Part shown: positions 13,690 to 27,600 of the stretch, one piece after another
Numbering within the stretch: position 1 is the first letter of the stretch
How the letters are laid out: each line of letters begins with the position of its first letter
Source of the DNA: Klebsormidium nitens
Lineage: Eukaryota > Plantae > Klebsormidiophyceae
NCBI GenBank assembly: GCA_000708835.1
Contig: DF237590.1
Span: 1-48,116, forward strand
Reading direction: 5' to 3'
DNA length: 48,116 nt
Made by a program: the position numbers and the translations under genes
Notes under the pieces: generated by a model
The model's input: the letters and a program-made list of their open reading frames with translations, nothing else
Database searches by the model: none
Told to the model about the DNA's origin: nothing

Positions 13690-14741
13690 AACGAGAAATG
13701 CGCTGTCGGCGCACTGGCACTAACAAAATCTGCCCAATACCTGCTTCAGGTCCCGCTTCAGACTGTTGAGTTGACGTCTGTGTAAGCCTAGTGGTCTTAC
13801 AAGTCTTTCTAAGAAGGAGAAAAGCGTGCTATGTTGTAGCTGTGACGAGGAAAGGTTGGCGGAATGGCCATCTTTGATACTTTGTTCTTACGCTACTGAA
13901 GCTTGGATACTTTGGCAGTCTCGAAGAGGCCTCTGCAATGCGTCCGCTTTTATATTGACACAAGATGTCCAGTCAATGTTTGCGCTCAGAACTTTGCCGG
14001 GCTTAATCGTCAGTGGAGACTGTAAGTTTCGGTACGTTAGGCATCCCGTGCAACAAAGTGTATATGCTGTGATTCTGGCCCGACGCCCGTGTTTCCTCGC
14101 CTCCCCGCACTCCACTTTAGAGGTGCCTTTCTTGTGAATTCCTTGCCGATCAGTCGTGTTTGCCCAAAAGTGAGGTCCTGCACTGTTCTGGAAGGGTTTT
14201 TTCGTCGAGTATTTAGGCGTGCCCTTGAAGGCTCCGGCTTGCAATGGTGTACTAAACTTCCGCAACCGCTGGTTTTGCTGGCTTCCTCCGTTCAACCTTT
14301 TTCCCTTCTTGTGGATATTGCAAGATTAAAGACACGTGGCCGGCAATGACTAGGTGACGTGAGTGGGAGATTGTCTCATTTGTCTTGATCTTCGTGCCGG
14401 AAGCCGTTCGTAGGATCTTCGTTTCCAAGTACCAACTGTAAAAGCTGAGATGCCTGTTGGGCCGTCATTAGTCGTTCTGTCCCTGCCGTCGAGGACCGCC
14501 AGCACGTGCTTGGGGACTCTGCCCCATGATACCTGTTTTCGAAGGACGACGCCAGGTGACACTCTGCCCGCGTCTCCAATGGTGTCCACGCATGTGGCTT
14601 GCGGCGCCGTACACTCATACACCTTCACCGGCTGTCGCCGCGGTTCTGGTGCATGCGACCGAGCGACTGCAAAGGCGGTATCTCATGCATCATGTAATCC
14701 ATGTGAGACTATCACATCACGCCCAACTCTCTTTAGTCGTT
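13690..14741 (+). repeat. Paralogous LRR block A (partner 21770-22800)
   Basis: Colinear anchors: gactgttgagttga (13761/21826), tagtggtctt, CAQNFAGL/CAQTFAGL, VCPKVRVLH/VCPRLRVLH, VAAVLVHATER/IAAILVHAAER (synonymous third-position changes), ttagtcgtt (14733/22792). Confidence 0.85.
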
Positions 14742-16332
14742 TGTAAATTCAGCCCTTGCAGAACCTTGCCTGTTCCATTTCTTCCGAGTTCTCGGCCTTG
14801 AAAGCTCAAAGCTTCTGCAGCATATTCGAACTTCAGGAACCTGCGCGCTTCTGCTCCGTCCAAATGTATCCATTCCTGCACGCTCCGCCCCTTATTGAGC
14901 CGTTTGGAAAACAAATTTTACAATCGCTGCATCGTTGCAACGACTGAGTGCTTCCGTGTTTTCCACTTGGCGCCTTTCTTCCAGGCAAGGGGCCCGACAT
15001 TTTGCAACATTTGCTCTTTGAGGTATCCACCTTGTCAATCAGAATCCGATGCTACGCTCCAAGATGTCCCTGTCCGGTCAGCTCCCTTCCCCACGCTATG
15101 ACTAGTGCTCTTGACGAGCGGCTGGGATGCTTCGGCAGCCCATCGGGTTTTTGTTGTCTCTTTCAGACGCCTCTTGTTGTGAGTAGCGTGTGGTGGATCC
15201 GCGGGCTGCTGTTAGGTCCTGTGCGCCTTTCAGATTCATCTGTCTACAAGTCGCCAGTCTTCTTTTCTCCGATGGATAAGAAGTTTGAGCTCGGCAACGT
15301 TCACTCCATTTTCGCTTGAGGAGTTCTTACGCTCCATCCTGGAGTTGTCCCGCGGGTGACGTCATCGAACTGACTCAGCAAACGGTGTGTCGTCTCAATG
15401 TCAGCCACTCACAGTATTCATATTGTTTGTCTTGTTTTTATTCTCCTGAAGAACTTACAAGTAGCACAGGGCAAAGATGAATGGCGAAATGAGCCTATCG
15501 GTTCACGACCCAAACTCGACTTGTCAGATGCCCATGCACTGGTCGATGGCATACTATCTCGGAATTGCACTAAAGAACGAATCTTGATCTCATTTACGTG
15601 GCCTCTGTTGACTTCGTGCACCAAGGCACTGATATACTTCAGTTGGGCACCAGAGGCCTACGGCAAGTCTCAGCTTCTCATTTCCCCTTGCCCATGAAGA
15701 ATCGTTAAGCTTTCAAAACACCAGAAGCACCGTGGCGCGCCTCGTCGACAAAGGTGCGCCGCACTTTGGTTTACTTTATTTTCCGTTAGGCAGTGAGGAG
15801 TGCAATCCGCCCCCGATCACGCTCACCGGATGCCTCTAGCTGGTGACGCAACAAAACCGAGTGCGCTTGCTGCAACATTATGTGTTGGAGCTTCTTCAAG
15901 CACCGTGCCACTTCACTCATAAATCGTAGTGCGAAGAGCATTTTGCTGGTGCCTAACATTAAATATGTGTTGTCGATACTGGCAAGCTGCTTCAGGGTAC
16001 TCGGGAAATAATGTAAACGTATATAGTGTGCCCGTGGCGCAAAGGCCGTGGCATGGTGCGCGGTTGCCTGCGCTCTCTCACGAAAGTGACGTGCCGGAAG
16101 TACGAATTCTTGAGACATGTGTGGCTAGCGCTGGCAATATCTCGGCGCACCGCCACTCATCCTGAGTTGGGCACACTAGTTTTTGATCAGTCTCGTCCTT
16201 TCTGCCTGTATCAATGCAATCCGGTTGCTCTTCTGGTCTCATTGTCTGGTCGCGGCACAGGTCTGCTTGTTGTGGACTTTTGTGATCTAAGAGTCCGTCC
16301 TATGTGATCGTCAAGCCTAACATCCCGTCCGC

Positions 16333-16760
16333 GTGTCTTCTCGTCCAAGGCATCTTAGCAACAGGCCGTCGACTTTCTGGGAACGCCGAGTTGTTTGCCC
16401 TTCTAGTGCTAGCAGAAGTCCGTTCTCAAAGTTGTCCGTTCTTGAACTGTTGAACCTTACGAGATACAAAATAGACCTGTCAATAGTGCTCCTTAGGTTA
16501 AGACTCTCGACAATATTCGGCGTACTGGGAGCAATATATATAGAAGGCAATGACGAGCTTGACCTGAGCAGCAGATGCCCAGAACATGTTCGCATAGTCG
16601 TATGCCCTCTCAATCGCATCTCATGTGCGCTTCTTTTTCTTAGGCCGCACTCTAGGGTGGATGATGCCAATAACACGTGAAACGGCAATGACGAGCCTTT
16701 GTGGGTTAACAGAGCCCACACCTCGGTCGTTCGATCGGAATCCTGATGCCGGCTGCAAGG
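16333..16760 (+). pseudogene. LRR pseudogene segment with two GND units
   Basis: ORF 16333-16680 contains FSKLSVLELLNL and LGAIYIEGNDELDLS. A second GNDEP follows at 16684. Confidence 0.5.
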
Positions 16761-17916
16761 GTGTTAGACATGTGCATCCCGACGGGCATGTCTGCTTACA
16801 AACTGGTCGTTGTCTATCACAACTTCGGCTTGCATTTACTTTTCCTTTTGGGAAGACAAAGATCAGCCATGGAGCTTGATGCTGTGGCTACGACCCACAA
16901 ACGTGTCCACCGCCGTACCGGCGAAGTTACAGAGCCCGATTCGGCGTGCTGTGTGGGTCTGGTTCTGGAAAAGACTCCCAAGCTGCCAAAGGGATCGACG
17001 TCGTGAATACGTTTTCGGCTGACTGTGCCAGCCTCTGGTCGCTTCCGTATCTGATGCTCCTTAACGGCGCTCACGACTTCTCTTTAGTTTGCTACTGACA
17101 ACAAGATAATACGTCTGTCTAAGCAGCTCACTCTAGCCAAGCCTTGACATATCTGCGCTTCCGTGCATGGGTCTCGCACTTTCTTTGCGTGGCATAATTT
17201 GATTCTTTAGGTCTCGCTTGCCAAGGTGAAGCACTTGGGAGTTCTCAGTTCTTGCGCTCAGAGCTTTAGGACCAGTTACATTCAAAGGCCGTGACAAGTG
17301 ACACTGGGATGCAATGGCAGCTCAGTCCTTTTTCACTTTGAACCGGATGCCTTTTCCTAGGACTGTATAACGCAACTTAAGGTTCCTCCCTGCTACACAC
17401 GGAACGATTTTTGTGGTTACCCCTTGTTCGAATCACCTCGATCCGATCCGTTCCATTTTACAAAACCGTTTGACACTTTCTTTAAGCGTGTTCTTCCAGC
17501 TCGGGAGATCAATCGCTCGGTTTGATCTCGGTTTGATGAGCACACTTCCGAGCTGATGTCATCTGCTAATTCTGTCCAATCTAGTCGTAGCGCCATCTGC
17601 GGATCTGTGTGTTGGGGCGTCTCGACCCCTCTTGTCTTATCCTTTCCTGCTAGGAGTCGGCTACTCTGGGTCATGGATAATTATAAGGTCCCTGAAAAGC
17701 TTGCGGTTGCTAGCAACCCCCGGGCTCTGGTTGTACATCCCTCCTAGGCAGGGTCACTCAACAATTCGCACCTACCGGCTAAATGTTTGAGGCTCCATGT
17801 TGTGACTAGCCTGGCTTGAGTGCGGGAAGCCCAAAGTCCAGTCACATACCGGATCCTGGGAGTCCTCTCTCGGGAATACGACCATCTGAATGAAGTACGT
17901 TTGAAGTACCAACTCT

Positions 17917-17946
17917 GACGTATTTGAGGCTGTGATGAGCCATGCC
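17917..17946 (+). repeat. Paralogous block (DVxEAVMSHA), copy 2
   Basis: 27/30 identical to 9545-9574. Confidence 0.7.
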
Positions 17947-20900
17947 GGGGCGGGCGCCTTCCGCCCAGTGAATATGGCCAGTGTCTTAGCGCCGATGCCT
18001 TGATTTTACAATCTGGTACAGTGGGCTGGTCTCCTTTCCTTACCATTCGTCACTGATGAAGCCCGTTTAATCTGTGCCCTTTCACGGATTACCTGGTAAT
18101 TTGTAATTGGTAATCTGTCAGGATTTTTGCTGTCAGTACTCCAGACAAGCCGACGAACAATTTTGTTGCCGTTGTGCATCATCAAGACGACTTCGTTTGT
18201 TGTGCAGGTTTGCAAAACTCCGGTTGCGGTCCCGGGCCGTTCAGGCCCCCCTGTTCCGTCACGGGGGTGCTACAGGATCTTGAGCCCTGGAGAAGCGGGA
18301 GGTGGTGCGACATAACCTCTTCCCGCTGTTGAGTTTCTGCGGCGCCGCCTCTAGTTGCACACGTTCCTGCGCTTAGGTTGGTACGAGCGGCCATAAAACC
18401 AGTTCATGCAGTTCATGTGCAAAGCTTTCCGGTTTTGCGACCGGTCGCTACTTTTTTGCGACGGACATTCAGAAAATAGTGCAAAGCTTTTCTAGGCAGG
18501 ATCTCTTTTTTGAGCTTTGAATTTAGACGGCATTGACGGATGATTGACCGCTCCTTCACGAAATTGGCTCTCAAGTCCCTACTTACGGCGTGTAGTGTAT
18601 CCCGTGCTAGACACCCGTTTGAAGGAGGAGGGCCTCTGATCGGTCGCGACGTGGCCTTCAAGAATCGAAGAAACTTTTTTGGTAATTAAGTGTATCTTTC
18701 TTGTGTTAAGATGCAAATGACGAGCCGCAATTGGGTGACTCGGGCTCATGGACGCTGTGGTTCCTTCGATGCTGTAAACATCAGGTTTTTCAGCCGGCTC
18801 TTGCTCTTGTTCGGATTGTGTTCTGTTCAGGACAAAAGCCCCTTTCTGCACTTGTCTTCCGTGATCTGCGTCTTTTTCTGCCATCACAAGCAGATCATAT
18901 AAGCCTTTAGTAGCTTTACATTGGTCTTTGAAGCGTGGTGCTGCAAGGTGTTCCAGTGGATCTTTTGCGCCATTGTAGAAGGGTATACCAAGGACTTGGT
19001 ACAGCCAGAAGGTCAAGCAACACTCGTAAGATGGTGCTGAAGGCGATGATGACGTCATCTTGGGCGGATCAAACGTCTCAAGAGACTCTTTCCACGGCGA
19101 CTTGAAGCCTTTCAAGCTTTGTCCGACGACTTTGTCTTGTCAGTTTTCTGACCACCCAAAGTACTCGAACTTTCTCGGTAGAAACCGGAGATTCTCCAGA
19201 AACCTCAATGGGGCTCAAGCACGTTGTACGATGGAACTAGCGCGCCACATATCCAGGCTTGGCAAACGTTTGGCTGCGTTTACTCATCGGTGGCATGGAG
19301 AGGACGTTTGCAATAGTCTAGGTTATTAGAGTGCGCGAGGCTTGTTTAGGTGTACCTTGCTCGCTTCTTCCATTTTCCCTCTTGAGCGACACAACTACCA
19401 TTCCCCTTTCGAATGATCCCTTGGTGGGTGCTAATCTACCGCGACTGGTCATGAGTGGTCACAGGAATCCGCCGTCGGTGGCTCTGACGACCGCAGCTTG
19501 ACCTGTCTTCACCAATTCTTTACGGCCAAGGCTGTGAACTATCTTCGACCCGATTAAATCTTCTTTCTGTCATTGGCGGATCATCCTGAATGTTCTTGTG
19601 CGATTTATTTGTTTCCTGAGTTGGATTGTCAAGTGTCGATAAAGTGCTGCGATACTTAGTGGCAGTGTTGAAGCGATTGCGGGTTGACAGCCCGTTCGTA
19701 AGTGACCATGTTGATTCATAAGCCAGGCACCGCCTCTGTTTGCGAGCTTTAATCCCGTCTTTCTTTGTAGGCATGTAGGTCGCGTCTGTGCTGTGCCCAG
19801 CTTTTTAGGTTATAGATGGTAAGCCTGTGATAAGCCGACTACGAGCGTCCAACCCTCACCGAGCATGTAGATACACTGAACTTGGAGCTAGATATGATCA
19901 ATCCGTTGGCCCTGGCAAGAGCGCTCATGTCTACCTTTCGAAAATTCAATTGCGATGTAGATCGTTCCTTAACTTTGGAAAAGCCTTTTCTCCTCAATGC
20001 TGCGCAGCACGGCTACAGTACCAAACCCTGATGCTACATTCCGCTCTTTCAGAGCATGTCTTAGCTCTTCAAAATCTGTGACGCCGGCAGATACCGGAGC
20101 TTGCGGCTCGTCTAACGGCCACCTGAAATCTTGGATCAATCTCTTATGCTCAGAGCGTCGTAGGCGGAAGGTGGTACTGTCCGACAGGCTGCACCTTTGT
20201 GCTTTAGTAGACACCTGAAAACCCTACTGAATCAAGGGTAGTCTTTCTAGAAAAGCTTTGCAGTTACCAGCTTCGTTGAAGAGGCCGGGCAGGTTACTAT
20301 TTGGCTTGCAGAACAGCAGGGTCAACTACGTTTCTGCCAGTTGAGTCTGGGTGATTTCGAGGAATCAGCGTTGGCCGATTCCGCCGGTTGCCCACTGAAT
20401 CCATTGTGTCTTCTTGAAGACCGATGAGGCCTGCAGGTAATGTTTGGATCCTTTATGTCTGAACGCACGCTGTTTGGCAATAATTCGCTGCCTTCAAGCT
20501 GTCAAAGCTCTTTCACATCTCGATTCTCAGTTGCCACGTGACCTGAGCTTACGATCTTTTGTTGCTCCGTTTGTACCATGGTCGCGGCTTGTTTCACTAT
20601 CTTTTCCTGCGCTCTTTTCCTCTCTCGAAACTTAGCACTTTTGTCCCCCATCTGAGCACCGCAAGCCTTTGCATGCACGGACGCGCCTCTTAAACCTGCG
20701 GGCTACCCTTTTCTTTTTCCTTTTATGGAGAGGCGAAACATCGTACCCCCAAAGGGGCCAGTTTTCTACGATTGGAGACCATGTAGCCACTCGGTCGGGA
20801 TCCCCGAATCTTATGGGTCTGTTTGTGTCGGAACCACGTGGAAGCCTCTGCGATCGTCGATAGGCGATGATGTGCTTGATTGGGACGTTTCCCAAGCTCC

Positions 20901-21769
20901 TTTCATTTTGATGCCATCGTCCATAATCGCAAAGTGGTACTGTGGTCCTTTGCGGAGATTGCCCTAGAATGTTTGGGACACAGAATACCGCTGTGCTGTA
21001 CCTGCTTCTGATGGTTACTCTTTGTCACATGGTTTGAAGGCAGTGATAAGCCGACAGTGGCTTTGAAAGCCAGAGCTCTACTTGCAATTTGAAGCCATCC
21101 AGCATCAGAGAAATGGGGCTGAACATTTTCGACTGCAGTTACTGTTCGTTGCTTTGGAAATCAGGGCTCGGATCGCGCTTTGCTTTGTCCCTCCTCATTC
21201 TTTGGTCATTACAGTCGTCACAACTTTGATAATTGTACCTTCTTGAGCATCTTTCAAAATAAATTTTCCGTTCGTGGCGCTTTAGTGAATGAAATTGGCA
21301 ATGACAAGTCACAAGTAGACGTCGACGCCTACAGCCCGCTTCTCTCATCTGACGCCGCCAACCGTTGTGCAGGCCCATGCTTGATTTCCGCTCTGAGAAT
21401 CTTGTATCCTGGAAAAAAGAGCCATCCAGATTTTATCTAGTTCCATCTCAATATGCGTCGGTCGTGTCATGCTTCCCTAAGGCAAGGTTGTCATAGCACG
21501 GAATAGATCGCACCTTGATCACTCGCACGTGCGTTGTCCGCAAATCACTTGGCTTTGATCACTTTTTTGAACAGCCTTAGTTTGAAGTCAGCTTTCAGTC
21601 TTGAGGCGTCGTAGACAGAGGGCCACGCAATACCGGCTACTCCCACACTTCCTGCAACCCAGTCTCAGCCTCGTGCTTTGTTGTGCATCTCCTCCTTGAG
21701 ATGTATGCATGTAACAAGTCAAATCAGCCTTCCGCACAGTCTGTCAGATTGGACCCTTCAATTTGGCGA

Positions 21770-22800
21770 CAGGTAAAGCGCTTCTGGCGCACAAGCTCGG
21801 CGGATTTTGCGCAGTAACTACATCTGACTGTTGAGTTGAGCTTCCTGTAAGTCTAGTGGTCTTGCGTGGTTTTTCCAGAGGTAGGCCGAAAGCGTGTTAT
21901 GTTGTGGCTATGACGAGGAAAAAGCTGGCTGGATGGCCAATCTGAACACATGCTGCTTATGCTACTGAACGTTGGATACTTCGGCACGCTCAAAGGAGCG
22001 TTGTTATTTCGCCCGCTTTTCGTTCGGAAACAAAATTTTGAGGCACCTTTATGCGCTCAAACTTTCGCTGGCCTTGAAGTCCCGATATCTGACCGGTGCA
22101 TTGATGCATTCATGACACAGTAGATATCTATGTCCCTTGCCGCCTTTCATTCTGGAGGTGCCTCTCTGTTCGACCCCTTGCTGTTTAGTCGTTTGCCCAA
22201 GACTGAGGGTCCTCCACTTTGACCGGGCGCTTCCTGAGTTGGCCTCTTAGATCCTGCATTCGAGGATTTTGGCTTCGAAAGAATTGTTTTCTGCCCATTC
22301 TTGTTATACCATCCTCCTGCGGTCAACCTTTTGCGCTTTCCGTTGGTAGATGTCAACGTCAGAAAAGTCATGCATTGTTCCGCATCGAAGAGCTCCATAT
22401 CTGGATGGGAGGTTTTCACATTTGGCATTGAGTTGTACTCCACATTGGAAGCCGACGTCCGTGGCTGATCTTCGATTCGATTACCAACCCTTAAGCTCGT
22501 ACATACCCTATTTTGACCTTCGTCGAAAGAATCTTGTCTGCTGCCGGCGAGGACCGCCAACACGTGCGTGAGATCTTGCCCAGTGCTCCGTGTTTGTAAC
22601 GGACGACGCCAGCCTGAGGTCACGAACCGCGTCTCATGCAAAGTATCCACCCCCAGACTAAAGCTAGTGGAGACCTACCATCTGACCGGCAATCGCCGCG
22701 ATCCTGGTGCACGCAGCCGAGCGACCGAAATGTAGTTGTTGTGCCCGTTTAAGACGATCAGAATCCGCCCAACATCGCGTTCCCCTTTCTGTTAGTCGTT
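21770..22800 (+). repeat. Paralogous LRR block B (partner 13690-14741)
   Basis: Colinear with block A, as described for that feature. Confidence 0.85.
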
Positions 22801-24620
22801 CGTCTCTAATTACGAAAGCGTCTGACTGTTGGTGGCAATGATCAGCCGTTCCTGCCTCATTGCCACGACGCCGTGTTAACTACGTGATGCCTTCGATATT
22901 CGTTACATTGGTTCATGAACATTTTCAACACGCTTCTCAGAGATTGCCACGGTCCTGTTTTTGCATGTCCTCCTCTGGGAACTTTGATAGAAGTTTGACG
23001 GCAATGAGCAATGCATGCTTGGGCAACATGCTCATTGATCGGGGTCATACATTGAGCCTCACAATCTTTGATCTCGCTCTCCGTTCGAACCGGTTCTCTT
23101 CCGGCACCCTGACGTCGGTTCATGCTCCTAATCTTAACCATACTTATGCGGGTGTTCTAAGATCCGCATGGAAAAGTTTTTGCCTCAACGACCGTTTGAT
23201 CGTGTAGAACATAGATTTGCCAGTATTCGTGGCGCCGAACCCTTGTGATGTTGCTAGAATCTGCTCTGGCCTGCGGGGTTCTGCTAACGTGATGGTCCCC
23301 TTACAATCTGCAGAGCGCGTTTGAGCACCAGCTTCTGTACGCTAGCAACCCGAGCGCAGTACTGGCGAACCTGAAAGCTGCCTCAATCCCGTGGTAAGTT
23401 TTGAGACTGGTTTTTGCAGTGTTTGGAAGCTTTTAACGGCATCCAAGACATCCATATCACACTCTTTCTGGTCAGACACGCACCAAGTGCGTCAAGATCT
23501 CATCATCCTAAGTGGTTGGATTCTTCACACCAACCTAAAACGCACTAACACTCAACGTCGTCGCTTTTCTTCTCGTTGACTTGCATCCATGGCCTCACAA
23601 AGAAGAGCTTGGAAAATGTCTCTGGGCTTAAACGTGAAGAGTTTGAAAACTTGCTCTTAATTGACTATGCCCCGTGCATTTCATGCATTCAGTCCCCTTT
23701 TAAGACGATTAGAATTCTCCCTGCTTGCGGGCCCCATTCGATTCGTCGTTCGTCCCTAATTAAGACGCTAATTCTCATTGTTGGCGGCAATGATCAGCCT
23801 TGCCTGATCGGCAGGACGCGTTGAAATAGCGTGATGCCCTTGGTCACATTGCCTCTTGAACTTCTATAATACGCTTCTCAGTCCACTCGAATTGTTGATA
23901 CGGTTCTGATTTTGCATGTCTTTCTTCGGGAACTTTATCCGTCTGGCGGCAATGAGCACTGCTTGCTTGGGCAATATGCTCAGTGTCGCTTGCAAAGACT
24001 GAGCCCCACAGTCTCCGAGTCTGCTCTTATTCAATGTACGAACCGACTTTCTTCTTGCAGTCAAACGTAATGCTCCTAATGTTACCCCTACTTATGCCAG
24101 CCGGCTCGAGCCTGCACGGAACATCCGTTTAACATTGCAGAACATAGACTAGCCTGTTTTCGTGGTGCTTTATGCTCTGATCTTGCTTGAATCTGCTCTG
24201 CCTTCCCACTTTACTGACGTGGCACCTTGACAATCTGCAGAACGTGCGACAGCGCCAGCGCCTGTACGCTAGCTCCCGAGCTCAGCACCGGCGATCTGAC
24301 AACTGCCCAAGTCTGTGGTAAGCTTCAAAAATTGCTTCTCTCAAAGCTTGGAAGTGCTCGACATCATTTGACAGGTTCAAATCACACTTCTTCTCGTGCG
24401 ACACGGCATAACTCACCATCCAAGGTGTTCGGACTTTCTCCCACGAGCCCAAAGGTCATTGCCATCTTATTTTGTCGCCTTTCTTTCCTATTCTTGCGTC
24501 CGTGGCCTCACAAAAGAGAGTTCGAAAACCACGCGGGCCTGAAACGGGAGAGTTTCGAAGCTTGCTAATGAAAACGTCGACTGATCTGACTGTTCGACCG
24601 CATGCAGCATTGACTCTTTT
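22742..24620 (+). repeat. Tandem duplication of an about 950-bp LRR unit (22742-23690 and 23694-24620)
   Basis: Paired anchors: tttaagacgat (22748/23698), GGNDQP (22831/23783), GNE-C-LGQ (23000/23948), gtggtaag (23391/24315), ggcctcacaa and G-L-K-R-E-x-F-E (23590/24505). Between 23786 and 23948 the frame holds for 54 codons with two in-frame stops. Confidence 0.85.
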
Positions 24621-27600
24621 CTCACAGCGTTCCCGTTTGGCTTCCGCCTCTGGACGGTCTTCTCTAGACCGACGTCTGCCCATGGGAAGGTTTGCACGAT
24701 TTATCGCAGAAGAAAGAGTATGTGGCTCTTGGTGGCTTCGACGCGCAACTTTTTTGGCTGCAAGGCCACTTGGGAGACCGTTCTTATGATGCCAACGGAT
24801 TTTTAGCTTCTTCCCTGGGCTGTCTGCTTGTTCCGTTCTCCTCTCCGGACGGGCGTTTCGCTGCGCAAGTTTTACATCGCTTTGCCGCGTCCATGAGGCA
24901 GATTGTTGATCATCATCGAAGTCCATATCGGTGCAACCAAAAACTGCACGCCCGCTTTCAGGTCGCCACAAGGGGCCGCGTGCGCCAGCTGGCGTATTTT
25001 GTGATGGCCTCGTTGCGTCCTTAACTGAGGCGTTTTTGGATATGCTCGTTTTTCTGCCAATCTATTGGAATTTGAGGAGCCTCTGCGCGATTGCATGCTC
25101 TTCTTTCATATTTCGGGTTTTCTGAAGCTATGGCGGTTGAGCTGAACGCACCGCTCTTGCTCCACCAACGAGGTTCAATCAATCTTACGGAAATTAGTAC
25201 ACCTGTCGAGATAGGCATTAACCCTGTATAGTTGACAGCGTTGGCAATGATGAACCACACATGTTTGAGAATGAGTCATACCTGCTTCAGTGGTTACTGG
25301 ATGTCACCAACGCAACTGAAAGTTGCACTTCTTTTCAAAACCGCCATTTCCGTGCCCTTCTATTCTTCAGACTGTCGTTTGATTGGTTACCACTGGGCAA
25401 GAACTTGCGCGGCAAGATCAAGAAATGTGCTCAAATGCCTCCGCAACCGCGAATGGTGCGGCTTGCTCCTGTCTCAGAAGTTGCGAAGTAACAAAAGGCA
25501 GCTCGTAGTTCCCAAAACACCCAGCCTAATGTGGTGACAGAACCCATTTGCACTTGCTCGAGCCTCATCTCCTGTTGGGCCCTTGATGCCACGTTGTGAT
25601 AAAAGCGAGGTGTCATTCAAACCGTCAAGTTTTCAACTCAGTTTCTTTTGTGATGGTGCGCTGCACTTCTCTGTTGGTCGAGCGTCGCGACTTTGGGTCC
25701 TTCTCATGCATTGAAAGGCGAAAAGTTATCAGAAGCGTGGCCTTAGCTTTCATGGCTTTCGTCGTACTAATATAGCTTGATGTCTGGACTGGGTTTCGTC
25801 ATGTCAATCGATCTGCTCTAGCTAGCATGCAATCGTGTGTCGTGCTCCTTTCCCTTTGATCCTAAGGGGAGCAGTCGCGTTCGAAAGCATGATGAAGCAG
25901 TTGTGCTTTACCAAGAACCCAATTTTGTCAGAATGGTACGGCTATTGACGGCAATTGTATTAAGCGAACGCGCGTTTTCAACACTTTTCACAGCATTCCA
26001 CCTTGACAATTATGACAATCAAGCTGCTAGAAGTCACCCCTTGCTCGGAGTTCACCACAGCAACCTCCTACCGAGCATTCGAGGGCTGTGATAGACCGAC
26101 CAGTCACCGGAAGCCCATCCGGATCTTCATGTCACCAGTTTGATGCCAACCATTGAACATGAGAGGTGTCCATCGTCCGACTCTTCCTTGGTACCCCTTG
26201 AATTCTCAACTCAGTAAAGTCGGAAGTTGAGTCGTTGACATCTTCGCTTCAATACTACTTGGTTGTGCACAAAGCAGCTTGTAGAGGAGGGATGGCCGCC
26301 GGGTCGGCGCCTGGAGCCCATGTGGTGACCACCTCTAGGACTCGTTCTGATCCATTGTTCGATTATCATCTTTCTTGCCATGTGCTCCTCGCCTCTCGGC
26401 TGTATTCCGCTCGCCTCTCTGAACTGCAAACCGTCAGGCTGCAAGGGTCAAGCGTACACCCCAGCTCACCGCGACTTTCGCCCTGCGAATCCATGGTGCA
26501 AACTATCTTGCTGAAATCTTGGCTAGCTGCTCCTTTTCGTCGAGTATCGTCATGTATAGCTTCTGATTGGATATCCCTCCTGGCTGTTTCTGCCACTTAA
26601 GGAGAGTGCAAAGGCGGTGATGTCCATAACGTGGGCGCTCGGAAGCCCATCTATGTCACTGAGTAAGTTCAAACTTGAGGCCATCATTTCCGAACTCTTG
26701 TGTGTCATTTTCGGGCTCCGTTTCCATTCCGTTTCGACGAAGCGCTCATGGTCTTCTCAACCAGTGTGGTCCTGAATCAATTGCTCGTATGTTGAATGTG
26801 AAAACAAGCATAGGCGGTGAGAGTCAGATTGCATAACTTGAGCCTATGCTCAGAGCCGCATTCTCGAAGCCGTGCCGTTGCTTCTCTTGGAAAGAGCTGC
26901 TTTCTTTCAAGATACGCGTTACGCTCTGCTCTAGTCTGCGCGTATCTTGGACTTTTGAAGACTTTAAAAGTCATTTGGTTTGATTGGGTGACGATGTACT
27001 GGGCGTCAAAGGCGACTCTCAAGCTTCTGCTCACCTCGCCTTGACGAAATGTTCAATCAAGGCTATGAAATAAGTCGAGCTTTGCAGCATCCATCTTTTC
27101 TTGTACGTGGTTATTAAAGTCCGCTTAGTACGATGATCCACTTTGGAATTCACCGTCAAATTTGACGTAAGGCAAAGAAAGCCAGACCTGCATGGGCACT
27201 AGACAGCCCAAGCTTCTTTGATGAACAGCCTCTGATGCCCCTCGTGGACGAATGCTTAGCAATGCGTTGATGAAAAGAGGACTTCAAATACTCCGCGGGC
27301 TGGGGCGCTTTTTGTTTCGGCAATCCTCGTTCGGGAATTTTTGGAATCCCGCAATTACTGATGGCAGTGAAGAGAGCCCAAAGCCCACAAAGGGGACCTC
27401 CGGTTCAGACTTATATGCCAAAGTTGCTCGTTCTCAACGATTGGAGTTCCTGTCGCCATATACGCCCGTCTATGGAAGCTTCCCCGCCCTAATTTGTTTG
27501 CGCCTTCTGAGGTGGTTCACCGAAAATCTATTGGCAATGATAAACCGCAGATGGGCCCAAAATTGCCTAATCTCGCATCTTTCTGTTTAAGCCGCTTGGA

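Noticed and set aside
23760-23800. LILIVGGND as GDSL/SGNH lipase block III
   Set aside because: Other copies are EGND, VGND and YGND, not GxND, and no GDS(L) or DxxH blocks were found.
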